Shown here: one piece after another, positions 37,201 to 49,210 of the stretch
Layout: each line of letters opens with the position of its first letter
Numbering within the stretch: position 1 is the stretch's first letter
NCBI GenBank assembly: GCA_014905635.1
Contig: JABVCE010000040.1
Location: 124,001-188,000, forward strand
DNA from: Scenedesmus sp. PABB004
Taxonomy: Eukaryota
Direction: 5' to 3'
Length of the DNA stretch: 64,000 nucleotides
Notes under the pieces: model-generated
Database searches by the model: none
Seen by the model: the letters and a program-made list of their open reading frames with translations, nothing else
Told to the model about the DNA's origin: nothing
Made by a program: the position numbers and the translations under genes

Positions 37201-37593
37201 GGCAAGGAGTCGCCCCAGAACAGCCCGGCTGGCCGCGCCCTTGCAATGATTGAGCGCGCGTCGGGCGTGGTCGCGTTTGCGGCGGGCGGGTACTTGGCGT
37301 GTGTCTTGGAGCTTGGCAATAGGCTTGGCGCGTGCGCCGGCCATGTGTACATTGAAGTAGACCCCTTCAGGGTGCTGCCCATGGCGGTGCCGCCGGAGCT
37401 GGTCGGCGAGCGCGTGCTCAGCCTCGCGGTCGGCCCAATGAATCACGCTTGTGTGGTGCGCGCGGACCGCCGCGTTGCGTGCTGGGGCCAGCCAGAGGAC
37501 GTGCGCGCAGCGGCTGGCGACCTGAGCTGCCTGTTCCCTTCCCTCAGTGACCCAAAGGTGGTCGTGCCAGCCGACCTGGCCCGAGCTGTTTGA
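34278..37593 (+). CDS. Papain-family (C1A) cysteine peptidase fused to C-terminal RCC1/BLIP-II-like repeats; probably secreted
   Basis: QDQRACSSCVPFA (Gln/Cys), LSEQDLAFC, WHAIMCYGW (His), K|NSWGPAWG (Asn). Repeats LSLGVFHSCAVTPGGGVRCWG and LAVGPMNHACVVRADRRVACWG. Confidence 0.82.
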
Positions 37594-38541
37594 TTGACGG
37601 CTGCCGCCGACTGGCCGGCGGGCCCCTGGCGCGCTCGCCCGCCGCGCCGGCTCGTGGCGCGCGCACGGGCGCAGCTGGGGCGGCGCAGAGCACCTGACCT
37701 GAGCTGGCCAGAACGGCCCGCCCGCCGGACTGCGTGGGCGCGCGTGCTCGGTTGGCATCACCTTGTCTGCATTGTACATGCATCGTCTGCATCATTGTAC
37801 ATGCGCTTGCATCCCTTTGGCTGGGCGAGGGCCCTGCTGCGGCGGCCGCCGCAGGGGCCGGGGCCGGGGTGGGACGCTGCACACGCTGTCATGGACCGTG
37901 CGCGCTCGCGAGCTGACGCCGATCGGCGTCAGGCGCCTGCTCGCTTCGCTGCTCGCTGCGCCGCCAATTGACGCCCAGCGCATATGCGGGGGATGGGGCG
38001 TGTGTGTTTGGGGAGAGAGATGTGCTGCGGCGCGTTGACTTGCCACGCCCCGGCCCCGTCGCAGGCGGGGGGCTGCGCGGCGTGACGGCGGCGGCTGGCG
38101 CGGTGACCACTCGTTACCGTGTGCAAGTGAGCAGTGCACGCGCCGTTTCTCGCGGCAGGCGAGCAAGCGATTTAGAAACCCCGGCTCAGTCAGGACGGCT
38201 GCGCCCAGACTGGCCCCGTCCTAGCCCAGCCGCCCACACTGCGCGAGCGCTCAAACGCTGGCGCGATGAAAGATCCAGCGCCACGCGGCCACAGTGCCAG
38301 CCCCGCGCGCGCTGCCCTGACCCCCCCCCCCCTTCCCCCGGTCTCGCGCCGCCTCGGTTGCGCCCCGCAAAGCAACGCGCGCCGCCGCCCCAACAGCAGG
38401 CGCCCCGCACAGCTCCCGGCGACCCGTCAACACACCCCCAACATCCCGGCGTCCTCCCGGCGTGCGCTCGCCGCGCCGGCCCCCAGCCCTGCCGGGCAGC
38501 CGCCGGCGGCGCCGCCGCCGCCGCGGCCGCGACCGCGGCGC

Positions 38542-41500
38542 TCAGCAGATGGTGCAGCCGCAGGCCTTTGCGTCCAGCGCCGCGAGGTCGCCCGACGCCG
38601 CCGCCGCCTCGAGGCGCGTCACCACCTGCTCCATGCTCGGCCGCTCCGCGGGGTCCTGCGCCCAGCAGTCCTGCGTGGCGCGCGCGGGCCAGCGGCGGCG
38701 GGCGCGGGTCGGCCGCCGCGCGTCGCGCGCGCCGCCGCGCCGCGCGCCAAACTGCCAACAGCCCCGCGGCGCGCGCCGAGCAGCCCCGCCGCGCCGCCGC
38801 CGCGCCGCGGCACCGCCGCCGCCGCCGCCGCGCCTCGATGATGCCGCGGATGCTCGTCGGCCAGCTGTCGTGCAGGGGCGGCCTGAAGCCGGCCGCGACG
38901 CGCGCGGCGTACTCGATCAGCTCCTCGTACGTCCCCTTGACCGCGACGGCGCTGAGCATGATGTACTTCTGCATGACTGCGGAGGGGTGGCAGGGCGGGG
39001 CGGGGAGGGGCAGGGCAGGGGAGGGAGGGAGTGAGGGAGTGGGTGGGTGGGTGAGTGAGTGAACGAATGAGTGAGTGAGTGAGAGAGTGAGTGAGTGAGC
39101 GAGTGGGTGGGTGAGGGAGTGAGGCAGCGAGCTGATTGGGTGAGCGAGTGGGCAAACAAATGAGGCAGTGATGCAGGCGGTGATGCAGGCGTTATGCAGG
39201 CAGCGAGCTCGCGGCGGCGCGGGCGGGCAGGCCTCAGCGCACCCTCGCTCATCATGATGCCAAAGCTGAACACGTCGGCCTGAGGGGCGGCGGCAGCGGG
39301 CGGTGGGCGGTGGGCGCGGGGAGAGAGGCCGCGGCGGCGGCGAGGGCGCAGGCGCGCAGGCGGGTCGGCGGGCGGGCCGGCCGGCCGGCCGGCGGCGGCA
39401 GCGCGAGCGCGAGCGCGAGCGCGAGCGCGAGCGCGGTCCGAGCCCTCTGCCCGCGCAGCCCAGCGCCCGGCGCGGGGCGCGGCCGGCTGTGCGTGTCAAC
39501 AAAACAAACAAGGCGGCGCGCCTTCTCGTTGTAGGGCGCCTCCAGGAAGACCTCGGGCGCCATGTACCTGCGCAGGTGCAGCCGGCGGCGCGCGCGCGGG
39601 TCCAGTCGGCGGCACGCGCGCGGGTCGGCGCGGTGCGGCGGCGCTGTGCGGCAGCGCGCCAGCGCGCCGGGCGCGCTGGGCGCTGCTGCTGCGTGCGTGT
39701 GCGCGCGCCGGGCGCGCCGGCCGCTGCTGCGTGCAGGCGGCTGCGCGCGCGCGCACATGAGCGAGCCGGTGCGCCCGGTCAGCGCAAACGTGGTGTTGGC
39801 GGGCTCGCGCACGTCGGCGGGCGACGGCGCGCCGTGCACGCGCATCGACTTGATCGACATCATGCGCCGCAGGCCGCCCGCCGGCGGCGCCATGTCGTGG
39901 CGCTCCGAGGTGCTCGTCGCGGTGAAGCTCGCGGGGCGGAGCTTCGCGCTCGCGCGGCGGCGCCACTCCTCCTCGAGGTTGGCCGACTGGTGCCTGCGGG
40001 GGCGGCGGCGGCAGGAGGAGGGCGTGGGTAGGGCGCGCGCGCGCGGGCGATGGGGAAGGCGCCGCGGCGGCGGCGCCGGCTGGCGGCGCGCCGCCCCGCG
40101 CGCGCTCACTCGCGCAGCGGCGCGTTCGAGGCCTTGCGGCGGAAGCACAGCACCCTGCGCTTGCTCTCCACGCAGCGGCTCAGGCCAAAGCTGCGGCGGC
40201 GGCGGCGGCGCAGGCAGGAGTCAGCGCGGCGCGCGCGGGCCGGCCGGCGGCGGCGCCGGGCGGCGGGCGGCGGGCCCGCTGGCCGGCCCCTCCTGCCTCC
40301 CTCCCTCCTCCCTCCTCCCTCGTGCCGCACTCACTCGGCCAGCTTCACCTCATAGCCCTGACCCTTGGCGGGGTTGGCGCCTGCGCGTTTGGCGCGGCGC
40401 GGCGCGGCGGCCGCGTGAGCGCGCGCGTGCGCGCACAGCTGGGAGCGCACGCGCGGCGCGGGGGCGCGGCTGCTCACTGCGCAGCAGCACGTTCTCGAGC
40501 TTCAGGTCACGGTGGATCACCTGCGCCGCCGCGCCGGGAGCGCCGCGCGCGGCAGGCTCAGCGCCGGCCGCCCGCGCGCGCGCGCGGGGGCGGCGAGCGG
40601 CGCGGGCGGGGCTGGCCGCCCGGCCGCCCGAGCCGAGCGGGCTCGGGCGAGGGCTGCTCCTGCTTTTGCTGCTGGTCCGGCTGGCGCCGCTGCTGCCGGC
40701 CGGGCTGGGGCCGCCGCTGCCGGCCGTGCCGCCGCCGCGCCCGCCGCCGCCGCGCACCATTGGGCTGGTGCTGTGCAGGTAGCGCAGCCCGCGCGCCATC
40801 TGCAGGCAGATGTCGAGCGCCTGCTCGTTGGTGTAGACGCGGGCGCCGTTGGCGAGCATCTGCCGCGTCACGAGCTGCTTGAGCGTGCCGCCGCACATGT
40901 ACTCCTGCGCCGCGCGCGCGCGTGGGCGGAGCGGGCGGGCGGGCGCGCGCGTGGGTGGGCGGGCGGGCGGGCGGCGCTCAAGAGCGCAGCGCGCTGGCGC
41001 GCATGCGGCGCGGCCCCCGCGGCGGCGGCGGCGGCATGCGGGGGCGCGCCTGCACGACGAACGCGCTCGTCGAGCCCTGGTCGAGCTCGCCGGCGCCAAT
41101 GAAGTCAACGATGTTCCTGGCGGCAGCAGCGGCGACCGGTGGCCGGCGGGGCGGCGGCCGGTCAAGCGACAGCGTTGCGGGCGCAGCGCGCGGCGGGCTT
41201 GTCGCAGCGGGCTCGCGCGCACCCCAACCCCGCACGGCGCGCGGGTCGGGCACGGCGCAGCGCGGGGTCGCGGCCGCACCTGTGGCGCAGCTTGCGCATG
41301 AGCGAGACCTCCTTGCGGAAGAGCGTGAGCTCGCTGGGGTTCTCAAACAGCTCGCGCTTGAGCCGCTTGACCGCGACCAGGAAGCGCGTGCCGCCGCCGG
41401 GCGGCGTGTACCTGCGGCGCGCGGCGGGGCGCGGCGGGCGAGGCTCGGCGGGCGCTCGGCGCGGGCGCCCGCGCGGCGGCGCCGAGCACGACCGCCGAGC

Positions 41501-41781
41501 GCGCACCAGGCCTGCTCGACTGTCGCGAACGCGCCCTCGCCGAGCGTCTTGACCGTCTCGAGCGTGTCGGGGTCGATGAACTCGGTGGACCCCATGTCGC
41601 GCAGCGTGTGCAGCTTGGTCGACAGCCCCACGCCGCCCATGACGCCGCGCTTCGCGACGCCCCACTTGCCGCCGCCGTCGGCGCTGCCGTCCGCGGAGGT
41701 GCCGGAGCCCACCCGGGACGGCGCGTCCGCGGAGATGCCCGAGCCCACCCGGGCATACGGGCTGTCCTCCTCCAAGCCCAT
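38542..41781 (-). CDS. TKL/Raf-like protein kinase with long activation-segment insert and C-terminal CaaX-like motif
   Basis: LGEGAFATV, VAVKRLK, HRNIVDFIG, IHRDLKLENVLL, VKLAD|FGLS, GSLM|YMAPE, K|ADVFSFG, CWAQDPAERPSM, ending CGCTIC*. Confidence 0.9.
39028..39150. repeat. Imperfect (GAGT/GGGT)n simple repeat in kinase intron
   Basis: gtgagtgagtgaacgaatgagtgagtgagt..., compositionally distinct from the flanks. Confidence 0.85.
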
Positions 41782-42424
41782 CGCGCGTCCTGGACGTGGG
41801 CGCGCGGCTGCTGCTTCCGCGGCGGTGCCGCCGCTGCTGCCGGCGCCGCTGCCGGCGAGTCCCGTCACCGCCTGCTGCGCGCGTCCGGCCGGTGCGGTGG
41901 GGTGGGTCGCCGGGGAGACCTGGGCGTGTGCGACGCGGGCGGTACGGGCCCGTGGAGCACGGGCGTGCCCCGTGGAGCAGTGCTGTTCGGCGGCAGGCGC
42001 GAGCGCGAAGCGGCGCGCGGCGCAGCGCTGCCCACCGCGCGGCGATCTTTGCGGGAAGGCGCGGAGAGCAGGCGGCACGGGCCGGGGGCGCTGCTGCAGC
42101 AGGCGCGGGCCCAGAGCTGCTGTCGGGCTGCCCGCGATCGCGCGGAGCGGAGCTGCGAGCAGTCCAGGGAGAGCACTGTCGACAATGCGCGCTGCGGATG
42201 CGCCGGGCTGCTGCAGCGGCACCGACGCAGCAGCAAAAGCCCTAGCGCCGCGCCGCTTGTTGCCTGACGCTCACCTCACCTCGCCACCCCCCGCATCACG
42301 CTCGATCGCGGACGCCCGGCGTGATCGAGCGCCGCCGCCGCTGCCGCCGCCGCGTGCGCCGCCTGACCTGACCGCGGCGCTGCCCGCGCTCGCGCCGCGG
42401 CCAGACCAGGTCCGGCGCCCGCCG

Positions 42425-42745
42425 TCACAGCCCCGCCCGCGCCAGCTGGTGCTCCAGCTGCCTGATCTCTTCCTGCCTGCGGCGCCGGCGGCGGCGGCGG
42501 AGGCGGCAGCGGCCGCCGTCAGCTGCGGCGACGGTGACGGCACCGCTGCCGCCGACGCGCGGCCCGCCGCTTCCCCGCCGCCAGCGCGCGCCCACGCGCG
42601 CACCAGCCGTCCATCTTTGCCAGCTTCTCCTGCTCCTGCGCGCTCAGCGCCGCGCCGCCGTCGGCCGCGCGCTCCAGCAGCGCCTGGCACTGCCGCACCT
42701 TTTTCGACAGCGCCTTGATCTGCTTGTCGAGCGCGGCGGCGCCGC

Positions 42746-42776
<31 letters not shown>

Positions 42777-43530
42777 CGCCGCTGCGGGGGCCGCCGCCGG
42801 CGCGGGCGCTGCTGCTGCGCGCGGCGGCGGCGGCGCCGCCGCGCTGCGCGCGGCGGGCGGGAGCGGCGGGCGGCGGTCACGCACCGTGGGCGCGCCCGCG
42901 CGCGCCGGCCCCGAGCCGAGCCGCGCCGGCGCCGCCGCCGCGGGGGGCGCACCTCGGCGCCGCCGGCACTGCCTGGGTGCTGCCGCCGTCGCCGCCGGCG
43001 CTGCCGGGGGCGCCGTCTGCCTTTTTGGCTGCCTTGCGCTTCTCGTTCTTTTTCGCAGCCTTGGTCTTGGCCGCCGCCGCGGCGCTCGACGCCGCCTCTG
43101 CGCGGGGCCGGGCGCGCGGCGCTCAGCGACAGCGGTGCGCGGGAGCTGGGCGGCTGCGGCCGGGCCAGCGTGCGAGCTGCCGGCCGCCGCGCGCGGCGGC
43201 GGCGCGCGCGCGGCGGCAGCAGCAGCGCCGCGCGCCGCCGCACTCACGCGCCGGGTCGAGGCCTGGGCACCTGGGGACGCTCTGCCGCGCCTGCGTGGCG
43301 TGCAGCGCGCCCCGTCAGCGCCGGCGCGCCGCCCGGACCCGCCCTGCGCGCGGGAGGGCGAGGAGTTGCGCCCTTCGGCGCACCATCACGCCGCCGGATT
43401 GATAGACCGGCTGCTCGTCCTGCGGCGTGTAGCCCGCCCTGATTCTACGCTCCTTGCGCAGCGTGCCGTCGGGCCGTCGCGACGGCGCGAGCACCCGTTC
43501 GCCAGCCTCGTTGAGGACGTAGCCCTCCAT
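42425..43530 (-). CDS. PYM1: Partner of Y14 and Mago (PYM/WIBG)
   Basis: GERVLAPSRRPDGTLRKERRIRAGYTPQDE (Mago-binding), KTKAAKKNEKRK, DKQIKALSKKVRQCQAL...EQEKLAK. Confidence 0.92.
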
Positions 43531-44318
43531 GCCGCTGCTGGCGCCGCTGCTGCCGGCGCGGCGGCGTGCGGGGTGCGCGGCGCGCGGGGCGGCGCGGCAG
43601 CTGGTGTGCTCGCTCCGATTGTTGACGGCGGGCCCAGCGGCGCGTGTGCTGTGTGTGGGCGGGCGTGCGCGCGGGCGAGCCTGGACCCCAGCGTGCGTGG
43701 CGGCGCGGCTGCGGCAGCGGTGCCAACGCGCAGCCCGCTCGCGGCCCACGCTCCCCGGCAGCTCGCGAGCGGCACTGCCACGCCAGCGGCGCGCCTGCTG
43801 CAGCCTGGCACCGACGCCGCCCACGCGCGGCGACCCGCCCTCTCTCCCCTCGCCGCGCGGGCAGCGGTGCTGCTGAGCTCGCGGCGTGGCCCGTGGCCAG
43901 CTCAGTGGTGCGTGGCCAGCCCAGCCAGCAGCTCGCGCGGTCGCAGCGCCCGGCGCGCCTGGCGGCTGGCGGCGAGGCGCGGTCAGCGCCGCTGCCCACG
44001 GCGAGCAGCAGTCGCTGGTGCGAGGTCCACGCACCAGGGCGCCTGGCGAGCCGCGCTGCTGCGCCGCCCCGCCGCCGGCGGCGGCGCCCCCACCGCCGCC
44101 GCCGTGCCGCGCCGGGCGGGGGCGCGCCAGCTCGCGCAGTCGCGGCGGCCGCGGAGGAGAATCCGGCACAGCGGGCGCTCGCCTGCCCGCGACCCGCTTG
44201 GTGTATTAGCGCGCAGAACCGCGAGATCGGCTTGACATCTCCGTCGCCTGCCGGCCCCGCGGTCGCCAGTCTAGCCCGGAAACGCTCCGCTAGCCTCACC
44301 GCGCCGCCCATCGCCACC

Positions 44319-46791
44319 ATGGCCCTGCTCGCCAAGTCCACCGCGGGCTCGCGCACCGCGTTCGCGGGCCGCAGCCGCGCCGCGCCCAAGGTGCGGGAAC
44401 GCGACCAGGAGGCCGCATCCGGGCGGACGGGCGCGGCGGGGCAGCCCTGGGGGCGGGCCAGCCCGGGAGGCAGGCAGGCCGGGGCCAGCAGCAGGGCGCG
44501 CGCGTGCCGATGCGGCCCCGCCCGGCGCCGCTGCGGCGTGCGCAGGTCGCCCGCAGCGTGCAGGCGCGCGCCTACGGCCCCGACAGGCCGCTGTGGTACC
44601 CGGGCAACCCCGCCCCCGCCTACCTCGACGGCACGTAAGTGGCGCCCCCACGCGACGCGGGGGGAGGCGCAAACGCCGGCGCGCCGCCCGGACCGCGCCG
44701 GGAGCAGCTGCCGGCGCGCCGGCGGCGCGGCGCGGGGCGGCGGCGGCGCCGCGATCTGCGGGCGCGCCGCGCGCTGCTGCGCGCGGTGCGGCGCGGTGAT
44801 CCGCGCGCGCCGCGCCGCGCGGCGGGCGCGCGCGCGGCGCAGCAGCACGGCCGGGCTCGTGGCGGACAGACGGCCGCCGGATCCCCCCACACCGGGGCGC
44901 CGGGCGGCGCGCTGCGCGCGGCAGCGGCTGCGGCAGCTCAGCTGACGCGCAACCGCCGCCGCCGCCCGCCGCCGCCCGCCGCCGCCGCCCAGCCTCGCCG
45001 GCGACTATGGCTTCGACCCCCTCGGCCTCTCCTCCGATCCGGAGACGATGCGCTGGTGAGCAGCGGCGGCGGCGGCGCGGGCGCGCGGCGGCGGCGAGCT
45101 CGGGCGGCCGAGCGCTGTGCGGCGGCGCCGTCGCGGCGGCGGCGCGAGCGCTGGCAGCTCGCCGCGGTTGGTGTGGTGGCGGGGCGGCAGCGCAGCAGCT
45201 GGGAGCCATGGCCGCGGCGGCGGCGTGGGCGCTCGAGCAGCACGCGCGGCAGCGAGGTGGGCGTGGCGCCGCCCGCCCGCGTCACCGGTGGCCGTCCCAA
45301 CGCGCCGCGGCTGCCCACGCGCACAGGATGGTGCACGCCGAGCTGCAGAACGCGCGCTGGGCGATGCTGGGCGCCGCTGGTGTGCTGCTGACCTCGGTGA
45401 GCGCCCGCGGCTGGTCGCCAGCGCAGGCGGCAGCGCAGCACTCGGGCGACGGCGAGGGCTGGGCGTGCTCACCTGCGCAGGGCACAGCAAGCAGCACAGC
45501 AGCAGGGCGGCCAGCGGCGGGGGCGACGTCGTGGCATGCCGGCGCCGGTGCTGCTGCTGGCGGCGCTGCTGCCTCCAACAGCTGCCGTCCGCCGCTGCCG
45601 CCGCCGCAGATCGGCGCGGCCGTCGGCCTGCCCTTCCCTGAGTGGTTCGAGGCCGGCAAGGCGCCCCTGCCCTCCACCGTGCACGGCGACTGGAGCCTCG
45701 GTGCGCGCCGGCGCGCGTGCATGGGCCGGGGCCGCGCGCGCCGCTGGCTGGCGCGCGCGCGCGGCGCGCGCGCCCGTCGTGTCCCCTCGCCGACCGCGCG
45801 CGCTCCACGCTGGCGCCGCCGCGCTCTGCCGCGCGCAGGCACGCTGACGGCGACCATGTTCCTGCTGTTCCACTGGGCCGAGCAGAAGCGCATCATGGAC
45901 TTCCGCAACCCCGGCAGCCAGGGCGACGGCAGCTTCTTCGGTGCGGCGCGGCGCGGCACAGCGCGCGCGGCGCGGCTGTTGAGCCAGCGCGCGGCGCGGC
46001 ACGCAGCGCGGCGCAGCACCGTGCGGCACAGCGCGGCGCGGCGCGGCTGTTGAGCCAGCGCGCGGCGCGGCACGCAGCACGGCGCAGCACCGTGCGGCAC
46101 AGCGCGGCGCGGCGCGGCTGTTGAGCCAGCGCGCCGCCGGCCGGCAGCGCGCGCGCGCGCTCACGCGCCCCGCCGCCTCCGCCTCTGCCCCTGCCCCCGC
46201 GCCGCGCAGGCATCACCGACGACTTCAAGTCCAAGGAGAACGGCTACCCCGGTGCGCCGCTGCGCCGCCTGCCGCCGCTGGGCCCGCCCTCCGCGGCGCG
46301 CCTGCCCGCCCGTCCGCCCGCGCTCCGCTCCGCCCCGCTCACCCCTGCGCCTCGCTCCCGCCCGCGCCCGCGCCCGCGCCCGCGCCTGCCACCACCGCCA
46401 GGCGGCCGCCTGTTTGACCCGATCGGCTTCAGCCGCGGCGACGAGGCGATCTACAAGAAGTACAAGCAGAACGAGATCGTCAACGGCCGCCTCGCGATGG
46501 TCGCCAACCTCGGCTTCTGGGCGCAGGCACGGCGCCCGCGGGCGGCGGCGGCGGCGGCGGGATGCGCGGGGGCCGCTGTGCTGCGCGCGCCGCAGAGGGC
46601 CTGCCGCCGCGTGCGCCTCCCCTGACGCCCGCCCACCCGTCCGCGCGCTCGCCGCGCGCCGACGGCGACCGCGCCGCGCGCAGTACGCCGCGACGGGCAA
46701 GGGCCCCATCCAGAACCTCGCCGACCACCTGGCCGACCCCTACCACACCACGTTCACCACGAACGGAATTTCTGTGCCTTTCTACAAGTAA
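44319..46791 (+). CDS. LHCA7: PSI light-harvesting chlorophyll a/b protein, Lhca7-like (9 exons)
   Basis: [86 protein letters not shown]...TNGISVP. From recall, it is closest to Chlamydomonas Lhca7. Confidence 0.88.
45956..46137. repeat. 71-bp tandem repeat (~2.5 copies) in LHCA7 intron
   Basis: ctgttgagccagcgcgc at 45976, 46047 and 46118. Confidence 0.9.
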
Positions 46792-47445
46792 ACGGGGCCG
46801 CTGCACGCTCGAGGGGCTGACACGGGGGCGGCGCGGGCGCGCGCGCTCGCGTAGGTATGCAGGGGTCAGCGTGCGCGCGCCGCGGTGCTGCGGCGGGCGT
46901 GCGTGGAGGAGGAGGAGGGCTGTGAGTGTTTGGCTCGCTAGGCGCGCGCGGCCAGCTGGGCCGCGCGGCGCGAGAGGAGGACGGGGGGCGGCGCAGGCGC
47001 GCCGGCCCCGGGGAGGCTGCTTGGAGGCAGCGGGGCGCGCGCGGCCGCGTGTGGGCGGGCAGCCGCCGCGCGTGCGCGTGCGCAGGTGGTTGGTTGGCGC
47101 GAGAGGTGCCTGCGGCGCCGTCGCCGGCGCTGGCGGCGGGCGTGAACGCGCGCGAACGACAATGTGCCGCTGCGACCCCGCGGGTTCAGCGCTCGGGGCG
47201 ATGCAGCCCCGCCGCCAGCGCTCTCAGGCGCAGACCGCTGTGCCTTGTCTCCCCCCGACGCCGCCCGCCGCTGGCGACCCCACTTGCTGCCCGACCCCGC
47301 CGCAGCGGCGGCAGCAGCGAGCGGCCACACGGGAGCGGCCACACGGGAGCGGCGGCGCCGCTCCCGTGTGGCTGTGCCCGCGCCCGCGCGTGTGCCCCCG
47401 CAGCCCGCGGACGCTTCGCCGGTCCATCGCCGCGCCCGCGGCGGT
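46504..47445 (+). repeat. Copy 1 of ~0.9 kb direct duplication (LHCA7 3' end and downstream region)
   Basis: Near-identical to 49211-50114 apart from scattered substitutions and small indels. Confidence 0.93.
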
Positions 47446-48328
47446 CTGGCGCGTGCCTCGCAGCCGGCGCGGGCAGCCCGCCGAAAGCGCATCCCCCCCG
47501 GCCCCGCTGCCCCCGCTCCGCCCTTGGGCGACAGCTCGAGGCCCATGAACTCCTCCACGCTCGTCAACGCGTGGCGCAGGCGCAGGCCCAGCGCGTGCGG
47601 CGCGTGCTGGCGGAGCAGCAAGCGGCGCCGAGGAGCAGGCTCGGCGCGCGCTGGTCGCGGTCAGGTCTCGCGTTGGACTGCAGCCCGACCACGACCAGGG
47701 CGCCGAGCCCGCGCTGCAGCGTTGAAGCGCGCGCCGTCGCAGTGCGGGCCGTGGCCTCGCCGACGGCCCGGGCTGCGACGGCCCCGCGCCCACCTCCACC
47801 CTGCGGTGCAGGGCGCGGCGCTGCGCCGCACACGGGGTTGGCCGCCGGCCGCGGCCGCGCCGGGGAGGTGCGCGCGGCGGGCGTTGGCCGCAAGCCGCGC
47901 TGCGCGAGCGGGCGCGCGTCCCGCGCGCCGCGCCGGCTGCTGCCGCCGCGCACGCCGCGTCCCTTCCCTTCCCTCGCCGCCCCGCACAGATTCCTGGTGC
48001 TTGGCAATCACGCCGTCCTTGCTGAGGCGTTTGGGAATCTCGTGTTTGAATCCCGGCCGCCTGATCAAGGGCCGCGTGGCCGACAAGCGCCGGGGCCTGC
48101 TGTCGCTGCGTGCCGACGGGTGCGACGCCGCGCCACGCGGTGAGGTTCTCGCCGAACGCCGTGGCCAGCGACGTCGTTTGGGGGAGAGCCCCGCCGCGTG
48201 GCGCGAGTCAGAGGGCGCGTCGAGGGCGCGGCAGGTGCGGCGGCAGCGCGGCGCCGCCCCCGGGCGTGCCCGCGCGCGCACGCGCGCGGGGAGCGGGGAG
48301 GAGGCAGCACCCGCCCCGTTGGGGTTGT

Positions 48329-48445
48329 TGGCGGGCGCTCTCCAGCAGGCCGGCGCGGCCCTGCCAGACATAGTACATGTTGCGCCGAGGGTAACATGTA
48401 CTACGTGTGGCAGGGCCGCACCGGCGTGCTGGAGAGCGCCAGCCA
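48329..48445. ncRNA. Long inverted repeat; candidate miRNA/siRNA hairpin precursor
   Basis: Arms 48329-48383 and 48391-48445 are complementary at 49/55 positions around a 7-nt loop. Looser pairing continues to about 48275/48492. Confidence 0.5.
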
Positions 48446-49210
48446 CGTGGCTCCCCGCGAGCTGCTCCGCCGCCTGCTCTCGGCGCGCGCGAATGCAGCG
48501 GCAGCGCGGGCGCACGCGGCGAGCGCGGCGGGCGCTGCCGCGCGGCGCCACTGCTGCCGCGCGGCGCGCTGCGGCGGCGCCGCGTCGCTGCAGCCTGCAC
48601 TGCCGCACCCCCTCCCGTGCTGCGCAGGTTGTCCACCCAGACCTCATCGGGGTGGCCACCGAGCAGCACGGGGAGGGGTGCGGCAGCGCAGGCTGCTGCA
48701 GCGACACCGGGGCAGAGCCAGAGCCACTCTGGCGGCGCCGGCCCCACGCTCGAGGCGGCCAGCGCGGCGCGCGAGGTGCGGCGCAGCGCCTCGCGCCTCG
48801 CGCCAGCCCGCCGCGCGCGGCCAGCGTCGGCGCGCGTGCGCCGCCACCGCCGCACGCGCACCGCCGCGCCGGCGCCGCGCCACGATGGTGAAGGAGGTCA
48901 CTGCTCGACACGCTGACCACCCCATCATCGTCGGCGTGCTGCGCATCCGCTGGACGCGCAAGGCCGCGTGCGGGGGGGGGGGGGGGGGGGGCGCTGTGGC
49001 TGGATGCGTGTGTTAACCTCCCAAGTAACCTCCCAAGCACTCAACCCCCGCCCGCGACCAGCCCCCGCAGCGCACCGATCGGCCAGCGCCGGCCCCGCTT
49101 AAGTCAGCAGGTCAGCTTAGGTCAGCCCCTGCCAGCCCGCGTCCCAGCGCTGCTCCGCAGGCCGCGCCGCATCCCGAACGGTCAGCTAGGGTCTGGCCGC
49201 GTGCGGGTGC

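Noticed and set aside
37765..37812. Doubled cattgtacatgc palindromic motif downstream of the protease
   Set aside because: Short local duplication with no element boundaries visible.
45956..46137. 71-bp repeats (or the 56.8-57.0 kb motifs) as a CRISPR-like array
   Set aside because: The 71-bp units are contiguous without unique spacers, the other motifs are short and degenerate, and there are no cas genes in this eukaryotic context.
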